Notes under the pieces: generated by a model
Seen by the model: only the letters and a program-made list of their open reading frames with translations
What the model was told of the DNA's origin: nothing
Databases searched by the model: none
Position numbers and translations under genes: made by a program
Shown here: positions 47,040 to 56,025 of the stretch, piece after piece
How positions within the stretch are numbered: position 1 is the stretch's first letter
Layout: the number at the start of each line of letters is the position of its first letter
NCBI GenBank assembly: GCA_038279365.1
Contig: JAYODI010000016.1
Coordinates: 224 to 64,223 of the forward strand
Source of the DNA: Candidatus Latescibacterota bacterium
GTDB lineage: Bacteria; Latescibacterota; UBA2968
Length of the DNA stretch: 64,000 nt
Reading direction: 5' to 3'

Positions 47040-47170
47040 TTTTGGTTGCGAATGGTTTGTATGAGTGTGCGGATTTGCTGGCGTTTTTGGCAGATCAGCT
47101 GATAAAAATCACGCTGTTGGGGTTTGGGCCACGTGGTTTCGATTTTTTCTTTTAATTCGGTATTAATCAT
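47036..47170 (-). CDS. possible small protein (44 aa)
   Basis: Below the track cutoff. MINTELKEKIETTWPKPQQRDFYQLICQKRQQIRTLIQTIRNQN has a strong SD, AAGGAGG, 8 nt upstream of ATG 47170. Confidence 0.35.
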   Translation of the reverse strand: MINTELKEKIETTWPKPQQRDFYQLICQKRQQIRTLIQTIRNQN

Positions 47171-47234
47171 GTTTATTTACCTCCTTTCCACATATTAGAC
47201 ATTTTTAATATTGTTTTTGTTCCAAGAATATATC

Positions 47235-47264
47235 AAAAAGGGCGTCTCTGGCAAGGAGACGCCC
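47235..47264 (-). terminator. intrinsic terminator ending the minus-strand glycan operon
   Basis: GGGCGTCTC-TGGCAAG-GAGACGCCC with a U-run on the minus strand (A-run 47235-47239) and also on the plus strand. Confidence 0.7.
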
Positions 47265-47287
47265 TTTTTATTTAAGTGTTTGGTTGT

Positions 47288-48523
47288 TTAATCGAGCAAT
47301 TTCCCACCACCAAACATAGTTGCAATATCACGTTTGATGTCTTCTGGGGTGAGGGGCCAACCGGCTTCTCGTAAGAGGGTATACTTTTCGGTGAAGACGG
47401 GGGCAATGACTTTGATGGAGTGTGCCCATTTGTAAAGCAATTGGTCGAGAATACGGGCATCGGAGTGTTGGGGCACAAAAGAAGTGCCAAGCAATTCGAT
47501 GCGTTCTTGTGTGATTTCCCGAATAATGCTGGGGTTGTTGAGGAACCACCAGCAACCAAATGGGTGCACATTGGGAAATTTGCGTCCTGTGACACAAAGC
47601 TCGTGTTGGTTTTCGCGAGACAAGAGGGTAATTAGGAAATTTACGCCTGGCCAATCGCGGGCAATGCGCTCAAGATTGCTGATGTCCCATTTGCCCAAGC
47701 TGTCGCCCCCATCGCGAAGAGCAGGATTGACTTGGCGTGTGACCCCCACCATCATGGCCGATGGAATGTTGAGTTTTTGTGCGGTGGGGTAAACCACGTT
47801 GGCCATGAGTTGGCTGATGCTGTCTTCTGATGGATAAGCAAAGTCGGGAGGTAATGAAATGGCCATATAACGGGCATTCATTTTGGTACACCAGTCGGTG
47901 AGGTAACGGCGTAATTCGGTATAGGTTTTTTCGGACAATTGGGTTTCAACTTCATAACCCAAAGCTTTTAATTTTTCGACGGGTGCTGGCCAGTTCATGA
48001 GGGCACTGTCGAGACGCAAAACGGCTTTGAAACGCGGGTCAATTTCTACATTGTTTTGCCACATGGGGCCTTCGGTGGGGTCTAAGGGATCATTGGTCAT
48101 ATAGACACATCCCACGCCCGATTTTTCGAAGACCATGTTGACATATTCTTCCCGTGACATGGAGGCATAAAGCGCACGAAACTCGGACAGATCTTTGGCG
48201 CGTGGGTTTAACCCCAAAGTGCTCATAACGGTGACCACGCCAATTTGTGCTTCGGCGATGGGTGAACTGTCACCCACAAACAGTTGTTGCCAGATGATGT
48301 CGGCTTGTTGGGGTTTGGGCATGGTGTTGAATGCTTCAACAGAAATGCCATCGGGCAAGTTGCGTGAACATTCGGCTTTGAGATAATGGTAGGTGACCAG
48401 TTCATCGGGGCCTGCCAAATACATTTCACCCATGGTGGGTGGATAAAGATGGGTGTGAATGTCTACAATCGCATGGTCTTGAAATGCTTTTTCAACGGCT
48501 TCTGCGATGGAAAAATCTGCCAT
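47288..48523 (-). CDS. amidohydrolase-fold TIM-barrel protein, glucuronate-isomerase (UxaC)-like
   Basis: SD AAGGAG. The N-terminal AIVDIHTHLYPP...VTYHYL resembles the UxaC IIDYHCHL...HYKW signature. The assignment is tentative. Confidence 0.55.
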   Translation of the reverse strand: MADFSIAEAVEKAFQDHAIVDIHTHLYPPTMGEMYLAGPDELVTYHYLKAECSRNLPDGISVEAFNTMPKPQQADIIWQQLFVGDSSPIAEAQIGVVTVMSTLGLNPRAKDLSEFRALYASMSREEYVNMVFEKSGVGCVYMTNDPLDPTEGPMWQNNVEIDPRFKAVLRLDSALMNWPAPVEKLKALGYEVETQLSEKTYTELRRYLTDWCTKMNARYMAISLPPDFAYPSEDSISQLMANVVYPTAQKLNIPSAMMVGVTRQVNPALRDGGDSLGKWDISNLERIARDWPGVNFLITLLSRENQHELCVTGRKFPNVHPFGCWWFLNNPSIIREITQERIELLGTSFVPQHSDARILDQLLYKWAHSIKVIAPVFTEKYTLLREAGWPLTPEDIKRDIATMFGGGKLLD

Positions 48524-48627
48524 TTACTGCTCCTTGTTCGATACGGTCGATTATTTTTAAGGACTCGAAATATAATAGATATGCGTGGTTTATGCAAAAG
48601 GGGCAACCTTTATGGGGCACGATTTTC

Positions 48628-49596
48628 TTATGTATTTCGCACCAAATACCCTTTTTCTTTGTCGATGATGTTCATCAGTGTTTCCCCATTGACAAAGCGT
48701 CTGAGGTTTTCGATAAAAATATTTTTGATGTTGACATCACCTTCTCCGCACAGGCTGGCGGTATGGGGTGTGAAAGACACATTGGCCATATCCCAAAGCG
48801 GACTGTCTTTGGGCAGGGGTTCTTTTTCAAAAACGTCGAGGCCGGCACCTGCGATTTTGCCTTGTTGTAGGGCGTCAATCAGGTCAGATTCGTTAATGAG
48901 GGGGCCACGCGCAATGTTGATGATGAGGGCTGAATTTTTCATGCTGTCAAAACACTGGGCATTGATGATGCCTTCTGTGGCAGGAGTGTGTGGCAGTGCT
49001 ACCACAACAATATCAGATTCGGCCAAGGCTTGGTGCATGGCATCGGGTTTGACCACGCGGTCTACGCCTTCTGGTGGTGTGGTGGCTTGTACGTCTACGG
49101 CGATGACTGTCATGCCAAATGCTTTGAGACGCAAGGCAATGGTGCGCCCAATAGAACCGAGACCGAGCACACAAGCGGTGAGCCCATCAAGTTGCATAAC
49201 GGGCACTGCTTCACGTGCCCATATGCGTTCTTTTCGGTTTCGCTCGTGCCCAATAATACCACGCGAGAGCGCAAGGATATGCGCCAGGGCATGTTCTGAG
49301 ATCACGGAATCGTATGCACCAGCGGTGTTGGTGATATGTACTTTGCTTGCAAGCATTTCGGGGTAGAGCATGGTTTCAAAACCCACACCAATGCTTTGTA
49401 CATAATTGAGTTTTTTGGCTTGGAGAAAGGCTTCGCGAGGCAGGCGCCCAATGACCACATCGGCATCGACAATTTCGCGTATTAAATCTTCGTTTGTGGA
49501 TGCGGCAACAACGTTGAGGTCTTTGGATACGGCTTGGAATTCGGGGATCCATGCTTGCCAGCGACCGGCCATAACAACAGCTTTGAATTTGCTCAT
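48628..49596 (-). CDS. D-isomer-specific 2-hydroxyacid dehydrogenase (NAD-binding)
   Basis: Motifs GLGSIGRTIALRLKAFGM, ARGPLI, LDVFEKEP and TPH. Confidence 0.9.
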   Translation of the reverse strand: MSKFKAVVMAGRWQAWIPEFQAVSKDLNVVAASTNEDLIREIVDADVVIGRLPREAFLQAKKLNYVQSIGVGFETMLYPEMLASKVHITNTAGAYDSVISEHALAHILALSRGIIGHERNRKERIWAREAVPVMQLDGLTACVLGLGSIGRTIALRLKAFGMTVIAVDVQATTPPEGVDRVVKPDAMHQALAESDIVVVALPHTPATEGIINAQCFDSMKNSALIINIARGPLINESDLIDALQQGKIAGAGLDVFEKEPLPKDSPLWDMANVSFTPHTASLCGEGDVNIKNIFIENLRRFVNGETLMNIIDKEKGYLVRNT

Positions 49597-49656
49597 TGTA
49601 TCAAATCCTTATGTGGTTTGGTTTGAAAATGTAAGAAGGAATAATATAGCATATTT

Positions 49657-51108
49657 TTAAAGCCCCATGCGCTCAAATTGGCATGCAGGCGCATCGTAAT
49701 GGGTGAGAAGGTCTTTCATTTTGGTGGCGAGTTTGTTTTCTAACTCAGTATCAAAAATAGGATTTGCTTGTTCTGGATCTTTTGTGATGTCGTAAATGAG
49801 GTTGTGATCGGGGGCATTGTGGTGTTTGCGCGATTGGGTTTGGATGCGATAGTGTGGAATGTCGTAGGTATGGTTCATAAAGATACCGAGTTCGGCTTTG
49901 GCCAATACGTCGCGTTTTTCAAAGTCTGAAAAATTGCATGCATTGGCGGTGTGATTGTAAAGTGTAGACCCTTCTAAGGCTTGTCGACAATAAGTGTATT
50001 GCCCATCTGTTAGGCCAATGTCTTTGCCAAAATAACCATAAATAATGGCGTCGTTGTGCGATTCTTCTTGGGTAAAGAGATGAACCATAGATTTTGCTTG
50101 TACGGCAGATGGATTTTGACCGCCGTGTAATTCCATAAAGGTGGGCATGAGATCCATGGTTGTGGTAAGGGCAGAAGACCGACGTGGGTCGGCATTGGGG
50201 GCGCACACAAAGAGGGGGATGTGGGTGAGCTTGTCGTAATCGAACATGTAGTTTTTGGCCCAATAACCGTGTTCGCCCAAAAGATGACCATGATCGGTGG
50301 TGAGCACCAGCGTGGTGTCTTTCCACATATCGAGTGCGTCCATTTTATCTAAAAGTTTGCCCAGCCAATAATCGGCCATGGTGAGGGTGCCTGCATACGA
50401 TTTGCGAATGTGTGCAATGGCATCTTCGTCTTCGGTGGTGGGGGCATAATCGGGCCAGTCGAAGTGGTAACGGTTGTCCCACGTGTCATTGTACATGTTG
50501 CGGTATTTGGACGGACAGACAAAGGGTTCGTGTGGGTCAAAACATTCAAGGTGTAAATGCCAGTTGTCTGCTGTGTGATTGTTTTCGAGAAAATCAAGTG
50601 CCTTGATGAAACACTGAGGCGTGGAATAATCTTCATCGCGTTCGGTGTCCATAAATTGTCGATTGACCCAATAGGCACGTCGGTTTTTGCCTCTAAATTC
50701 GGGAATGTCGGGGTCATTGACCAAGGGGTGCCACACATCACCTTCTTGCCCACGTAAAAACTCCCAGGAATTAAACCGGGTATGATAACATTCTCCGCCA
50801 CTGTGGAAATAGTGATAGTGGTCGGTGATCATATGTGAATAGGTGCCTTTTTGACGGTAAAGTTCTGGTTGTAAACAATCGTCCCAAGGTTGGATGGGTG
50901 ACCAAGGGGTTTCGAGAAAGCTGAGGCGACCTGTGTACATGTCTCTTCGGGCAGGCATACAGGGCATGGAACCACAATAGTGGTTGTCGAAGGTGATGCC
51001 CCGTTGGGCGAGTCGATTGATATTGGGTGTTTGTACCCACGCGTCTTTGTTATAGGGTTGGATATAGTGTCGATTGAGTGAATCGAGCATAATGAATATG
51101 GTACGCAT
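49657..51108 (-). CDS. sulfatase (formylglycine-dependent)
   Basis: Motifs IFIMLDSL, GSMPCMPARRDMYTG (CxPxR) and TDHGH. Confidence 0.85.
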   Translation of the reverse strand: MRTIFIMLDSLNRHYIQPYNKDAWVQTPNINRLAQRGITFDNHYCGSMPCMPARRDMYTGRLSFLETPWSPIQPWDDCLQPELYRQKGTYSHMITDHYHYFHSGGECYHTRFNSWEFLRGQEGDVWHPLVNDPDIPEFRGKNRRAYWVNRQFMDTERDEDYSTPQCFIKALDFLENNHTADNWHLHLECFDPHEPFVCPSKYRNMYNDTWDNRYHFDWPDYAPTTEDEDAIAHIRKSYAGTLTMADYWLGKLLDKMDALDMWKDTTLVLTTDHGHLLGEHGYWAKNYMFDYDKLTHIPLFVCAPNADPRRSSALTTTMDLMPTFMELHGGQNPSAVQAKSMVHLFTQEESHNDAIIYGYFGKDIGLTDGQYTYCRQALEGSTLYNHTANACNFSDFEKRDVLAKAELGIFMNHTYDIPHYRIQTQSRKHHNAPDHNLIYDITKDPEQANPIFDTELENKLATKMKDLLTHYDAPACQFERMGL

Positions 51109-51129
51109 AAAGGGCTCCGTTTGGGCGGG

Positions 51130-51984
51130 TTAATCTAAATTGGGCAGTGTGGGCTTGTTGGGTTTGACGGTGCGATGATCAACGCGTATGGGGTCTGCCA
51201 ATTCTTTAAACTCTTTGCAAAAGGCGACCACGTGATTGGCCGCGGCATCGAGAATGGTTTGGCCTTTTTCTTTTGTGGCCAAAGTGGGTGCACCTGATAC
51301 GCCGTTTGGTGTGGCTGAGCTTGTCCACTTGACGAGTTTGACGGGACCGATGCCTTTGGTGAGATCGACGTAGAGGTATTTGGAACCTTCGGCCCCAGCG
51401 GCACCGCCATAATGGTCTTGTGCTTTGTCCATTTGCACGCGGTCTTCGGCCAATGCAAGATAAAGCGATGTTTCCAATTCACAAGCGTGTGCCGCACCGC
51501 CCATACCAGAGTCGCGAATTTCTTCAAATTCTTCTTTGATGAAATTTGTCCAGATGGTGGATGCGATGAGGGCATCGGTTTCGAGGGTGGCACGGCGGGC
51601 AATAAATTCGCAGAGGTGTTCATTGGAGCCGTGGCCATCGACGATAAAGATGCGTTTGAAACCCGCATAGGCCACGCTTTTGCAGACATCGAGGCAATAT
51701 TCGATAAAGTGTTCATAGGTGACATGGATGGTGCCCGGAAAATCTTGGGCGTGTTCGTTATACCCATAGGGAATGGTGGGCATCACGAGCAGGTTGCGTG
51801 GATCGCGTTTGGCGGCTTCGAGGCAAATGCTGGAGGCCAAGAAATTGTCGGTGTCTAAGGGGAGATGATGGCCGTGTTGTTCGGTGCTGCCAATGGGCAA
51901 GAGAATGACTTTGCCTGCTTCGGCGGCTTCGTTAATTTCGGGCCAAGTGAGATATTCGTATTGGTATTTGTCGAGTGAATTCAT
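51130..51984 (-). CDS. creatininase-family amidohydrolase
   Basis: Motifs LLPIGSTEQHGHHLPLDTD, DGHG and ACELETS. The start is trimmed to ATG 51984. Confidence 0.85.
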   Translation of the reverse strand: MNSLDKYQYEYLTWPEINEAAEAGKVILLPIGSTEQHGHHLPLDTDNFLASSICLEAAKRDPRNLLVMPTIPYGYNEHAQDFPGTIHVTYEHFIEYCLDVCKSVAYAGFKRIFIVDGHGSNEHLCEFIARRATLETDALIASTIWTNFIKEEFEEIRDSGMGGAAHACELETSLYLALAEDRVQMDKAQDHYGGAAGAEGSKYLYVDLTKGIGPVKLVKWTSSATPNGVSGAPTLATKEKGQTILDAAANHVVAFCKEFKELADPIRVDHRTVKPNKPTLPNLD

Positions 51985-51995
51985 GGGATGTCCTT

Positions 51996-53138
51996 TTATG
52001 ATTCGATGTCTAATACACTGCCAGCAATGTGGCGAATGCCATCTTGGGTATAAAAATAATAAGTGACAAGAACGCGACCATCGGGCAAAACACAGCCCCA
52101 CGGATATCCGAGGTCTTTGCCCAAACCGTCTTGACGAATGACAAACTCGGGCGCACTGTCGATGTTGTCACATTCGGGATTGAGCAAACGCGCACGAATG
52201 CCAAATGGCTCGTGGCGATAACCGTAGACGAGTAAGACACGGTTGTCGGGCAGGCGAATGGGGGTATATGGGTGACCGATGATGTTGCGTTTTTGCCACG
52301 TGGACCATGTGTGACCGTTGTCTGTTGACTCTGTGGTGATGAGGTGATCGTCAAAGTTGGCAGTGCGAATGAAGCAAATGATTTTGCCCGATGGGGTATT
52401 GTAAAATGCGGGTTCATGCATGTCAACTTGGTTGTTGGGGTCTTGGGCAACGATTGATCTGAATGACCATGTCTGTCCGTTGTCTGAAGAGGCAAAAGCA
52501 TAGGCCGCACTTTTTGTACCTTGGCGTGGGCTGGTGTATGAGGGGATAAGGATTTCGCCATCGTTTTCAACGGGTAAACCACGAATGGCCCCTCCCAATA
52601 GGGGGCGTTTGTTGGGAATGATGTCATCGGTATTTGGTATGGCAGGGAGATATTGGTGTGGTGACCAAGTCTGCCCATTGTCATCGCTGTAGCGGGTGAA
52701 TGCACCCCACATGAGGTAATTGGCCCCTGTTGTTTCGGGGGTACCGTGAAAGGGTCTTTTGTAAGATTTTACGACATCGGCAAATGGGGGAGGAAAGGGA
52801 TACCAAGAAAATGCGGCGAGGATGATGCGACCTGATGCGAGTTTGATAAGAGAACCATCTTGGTCTGCGGCTTGGGTGTTGAGTGGGATGGCTTGTGGTT
52901 CGCCTATTGGATTTAGATTGGGGTCGAGTTTGATGTAGGCTTGATGGGAACGGGCTTCGACGTGAATGACTTTGTTTTTGAGCTCGGGAGGTGCTTCGTC
53001 TGTGAGTAAATAACGTGGGTCGAGGGCACGGCGGCAGGTGAGCAATATTTCATTGGTGTCGAGGGTGATGCATGATGGGAATGCGATGTAATAAAAAGGG
53101 TCTTTGTAGAGGGTGATGTCTTTGAGTTTTTTGATCAT
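51996..53138 (-). CDS. BNR/Asp-box repeat beta-propeller, sialidase (exo-alpha-sialidase)-like
   Basis: Three Asp-boxes: SDDNGQTWS, SSDNGQTWS and STDNGHTWS. The start is set at ATG 53138. Confidence 0.8.
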   Translation of the reverse strand: MIKKLKDITLYKDPFYYIAFPSCITLDTNEILLTCRRALDPRYLLTDEAPPELKNKVIHVEARSHQAYIKLDPNLNPIGEPQAIPLNTQAADQDGSLIKLASGRIILAAFSWYPFPPPFADVVKSYKRPFHGTPETTGANYLMWGAFTRYSDDNGQTWSPHQYLPAIPNTDDIIPNKRPLLGGAIRGLPVENDGEILIPSYTSPRQGTKSAAYAFASSDNGQTWSFRSIVAQDPNNQVDMHEPAFYNTPSGKIICFIRTANFDDHLITTESTDNGHTWSTWQKRNIIGHPYTPIRLPDNRVLLVYGYRHEPFGIRARLLNPECDNIDSAPEFVIRQDGLGKDLGYPWGCVLPDGRVLVTYYFYTQDGIRHIAGSVLDIES

Positions 53139-53224
53139 TTTTGTAGAACACCTTTTGATTGAAGTTTTTTGCCTTCGGCGAGATACTTTTTTTAACGACA
53201 AAAAAGTATCCAAAAAAGTTGCTT

Positions 53225-53379
53225 GCTGGCCGCGAGGGGCTTTTAATAATGTGCCGTGTTATTACAAAGGTAAACCACCCTTACCTGCCCGTACCGTTCA
53301 TCCCCTCCTGCCTCGTGTTTCACACGCCCCTCATTCCACCCATTTTCACCACACCAACGGCACAATGGCCCACACCACC
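53225..53379 (-). ncRNA. conserved intergenic element, copy 1 (candidate cis-regulatory leader RNA, sense = minus strand)
   Basis: Near-identical blocks are shared with 59994..60128: GCTGGCCGCGAGGGGCTTTTAAT (23/23), ACAAAGGTAAACCACCCTyACCTGCCCGTrCCGTTC, and CCACACCAACGGCACAAyGGCCCACACCACC. It ends 87 nt upstream of the BNR gene start. Confidence 0.5.
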
Positions 53380-53414
53380 CGTGGCTGGAATTGGCGTTGG
53401 GGAGAGGTAGCTTT

Positions 53415-55994
53415 TTAAAGGCGGATGGTTGTGCGTTTGGTTGCGTTGGCGTGAATGTTCTGGGTCAATTTTACTTGTTTGCCATTGAGGGTGAGTTTGT
53501 CGATTTCGAGTTCGCCTTCTGTGAGGTCTATGGTGAGTTGGGTTTTTGTAAGGGTGAGCGTGCCAAAGCCTGTGGCGGTTGAGATGAAGGTTTTAAATCG
53601 GTCGTTTTGCAATTTGGGCGATAGGTTCAAGGCTTTTTTTGCGCGTGAATAGTGGAAGCCTGATAGGGAATTGAGCACCGCAAAACTTGCCAGTGCGCGT
53701 GCGTAGTAGTTGCCACATTCGTATTCATTCCAGGGGTTTCGCGTGCGGCCATCGTGTCGATTGCGTACGGCTTTGACAAGGGTGAGGCCTTCTTTGACGA
53801 GGCCTTCTTCGATGAGGTGCGAGGCGACTTGATATTCAATGCCTGTCCAGACTTCATCGGAATATACAAAGGGGAGGGTGGGTTTGCCTCCGCGTGGCCA
53901 AGAGCAAAGCAAAAGGCCGGGTTCTGGGCCGTTGGCATAACCAGGGCGTTGTGTGCAGGCGTGATCGCTGAGGTCGTGGCGGAAATTATATTCGAAAATG
54001 GCTTTGAGGGTGCGCCGTGTGCGGGTGCGGTTTTGGGCGGTGGGAATGGCGTAGATTTTGGCCATCCAGGCACCAATGACCCCATCGGAAATACACCCTG
54101 TGCCGTATTGATATTTGGGGCCTTCTTTTTTGAGGAGTTTGTCCACTTCGTTGCTGTTGCGATTCACTTTGGCAACGTGTTTGGCAAAGGTTGTGTCATG
54201 TAGACCTTTGTATTGAACCTTTTGATAATAATATTCGCCATTAAAAAGATGTTTGTCGAGATAGGCCGCGCCTTTTTTGCCTAAATCTTTGTAGAACGTG
54301 GCTTCGTTTGATTTGCCCAAATCATTTGCCATTTCGGCCAAAGCCGCCAGGGCACCTAAGTAGATACTGGAACACATGCCATCGGCACCCCAAAATTCAA
54401 TATCATAGGTGTTGTGATGGGGTTCGATGAGTACACCCTTGTGGTCGGGATCCCATACTTTGATGCAATAGTCGAGGCTGCGTTTGGCGAGTGGATACAT
54501 TTTTTGAAGCCATTTTTTATCACCAGAGATTTGCCATTCGCGATAGACTTTCATGATGCCCCCGAGTTGACCATCGGAAGCGGCATGAAAGTTGTGTGTC
54601 ACTTCTCCATCGGGCAAAGCCGAGCGGAATGTGACGTGTCCTTTGCTGTCCATGGTGCGTTCGAGTTCTTGCTCGCGAAAGGTGCGCTCGATGTTGGGAT
54701 AGAGGTGTGGGAAAGCTTGTGCATAATTCCAAACGTGGGTGCAAGAGCCTGCGCAACAGCCTCGATCTACAAAACACCCTTCCCAGGCCCAAGCGTTGCC
54801 ATTTTCTTGGCGCAAGAATGTGGGGGATTTGAGGATGCCTAAGTTGGCAGATACGGCATCGAGCACATACGCGGGCAGGGTAGATGAAAAGAGCGCATTG
54901 TGAAAGGCTTGGGTACGGGTTTTGAGCATGTCGTAGTGTTTATGTACGTATGAAGCAACCTCGGCGGCATTGTGCCATAGACCAGCATAAAAGGGTCGCC
55001 AAGATGGGGGTGGGGTGTCATCACAGCAGGCGTCACTGTTGCAACTTGAATCGTTTTCAATACGGCGTTCGGTATAATGGCAATTTGGGAAATGCCAGGT
55101 GATGAGAATCGGATAGGTGATGCTTTCGCCTTTTTTGAGGCTGCCCGATAGTTGAATGGAACCTCCATTGCGCCCAGTGTATTCCTTTTTTTCATTGCCT
55201 GCATTGCTTTTAAACGTGCCTGTGGATACTTCTCGCCAAAGGGCCGAAATGCTGTCGAACCAGCCGCCCCGAAACCACATGGCTTTGGTTTTGGGTTTGT
55301 GGCCTATGACGGTTAATGAGGCGCTGCCAAAATTTTCGTCGTTGGCAGGTTCTGTGTTGTAAAAATGTGCCCCATTGGGAATAAGGGCATTGTGGCTGTT
55401 TTTACCACCGCTTGTGCCTTGTGCCAAATGTGACAAATGGTAGGCAAAATCGTAATCGACTTTGTTTTTGCTGTGGTTGGTGAGGGTGTATTCTAAAATG
55501 GCACAGGGGATACTTGAGTTTTTGTCATCGAGGGGAATAAAAGGGTTAAAACCTGTGATGTTTACGTGTAGGGGAACTTTGGGATCTTTGAGGGTCACGT
55601 TGCCAAAGGGATACTCACCGTGGAATGTGACGTTCTTAAATCGTGGTAATCCTTCAAAACCACCTTCTCGAAAACCTTGTCCTTTGGTGCCTAAGTTGTA
55701 AATTTTTTCGGGGGGCATAGGGCCTTCGACCAATTTGGTGATGCCATTCTTGCCTTTGATGTGAAGGGTTGCAAAGGCCGCATCACTGGTGCCGTGCCCG
55801 TCGGGGGTAGCTGAGGTGGCGGGCTTGTTTCGAATGGAAAAATCTTGTAAACCACCGTATCCATTGAGACAAATCATGCCTGCACCCAAACCACCTATCG
55901 GAAATGCAATTTGTAAATTGTTGTCAGAGGTAAAGGTGCGTTGTTTGCCATAGTCGTTTAATATTTTGTCGGAATAGGGTTTGGCTTTGGGCAT
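53415..55994 (-). CDS. GH116 family glycoside hydrolase (GBA2-type beta-glucosidase/xylosidase family)
   Basis: The N-terminal IAFPIGGLGAGMICLNGYGGLQDFSIRNKP is the GBA2_N signature. The protein is 859 aa with a C-terminal (alpha/alpha)6-like catalytic region. Confidence 0.8.
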   Translation of the reverse strand: MPKAKPYSDKILNDYGKQRTFTSDNNLQIAFPIGGLGAGMICLNGYGGLQDFSIRNKPATSATPDGHGTSDAAFATLHIKGKNGITKLVEGPMPPEKIYNLGTKGQGFREGGFEGLPRFKNVTFHGEYPFGNVTLKDPKVPLHVNITGFNPFIPLDDKNSSIPCAILEYTLTNHSKNKVDYDFAYHLSHLAQGTSGGKNSHNALIPNGAHFYNTEPANDENFGSASLTVIGHKPKTKAMWFRGGWFDSISALWREVSTGTFKSNAGNEKKEYTGRNGGSIQLSGSLKKGESITYPILITWHFPNCHYTERRIENDSSCNSDACCDDTPPPSWRPFYAGLWHNAAEVASYVHKHYDMLKTRTQAFHNALFSSTLPAYVLDAVSANLGILKSPTFLRQENGNAWAWEGCFVDRGCCAGSCTHVWNYAQAFPHLYPNIERTFREQELERTMDSKGHVTFRSALPDGEVTHNFHAASDGQLGGIMKVYREWQISGDKKWLQKMYPLAKRSLDYCIKVWDPDHKGVLIEPHHNTYDIEFWGADGMCSSIYLGALAALAEMANDLGKSNEATFYKDLGKKGAAYLDKHLFNGEYYYQKVQYKGLHDTTFAKHVAKVNRNSNEVDKLLKKEGPKYQYGTGCISDGVIGAWMAKIYAIPTAQNRTRTRRTLKAIFEYNFRHDLSDHACTQRPGYANGPEPGLLLCSWPRGGKPTLPFVYSDEVWTGIEYQVASHLIEEGLVKEGLTLVKAVRNRHDGRTRNPWNEYECGNYYARALASFAVLNSLSGFHYSRAKKALNLSPKLQNDRFKTFISTATGFGTLTLTKTQLTIDLTEGELEIDKLTLNGKQVKLTQNIHANATKRTTIRL

Positions 55995-56025
55995 GGGATT
56001 CCTCTAAAAGTTGTTTATGACAATG

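Noticed and set aside
48386-49366. 326-aa plus-strand ORF.
   Set aside because: It is fully antisense to the well-supported 2-hydroxyacid dehydrogenase gene, its composition is low-complexity and rich in S/R/A, and it has no SD. It is a shadow ORF.
53159-53410. Plus-strand ORFs across the two repeat copies (53159..53410 and 59907..60260) sharing LAGREGLLIM..TKVNHP.LPVPF, as possible small paralogous proteins.
   Set aside because: Peptide similarity exists only where the nucleotides are identical. After the 20-nt indel the conserved nucleotide block is read in different frames. There is no SD, and the products are low-complexity and P/T/H-rich. Nucleotide-level conservation of a non-coding element explains it better.
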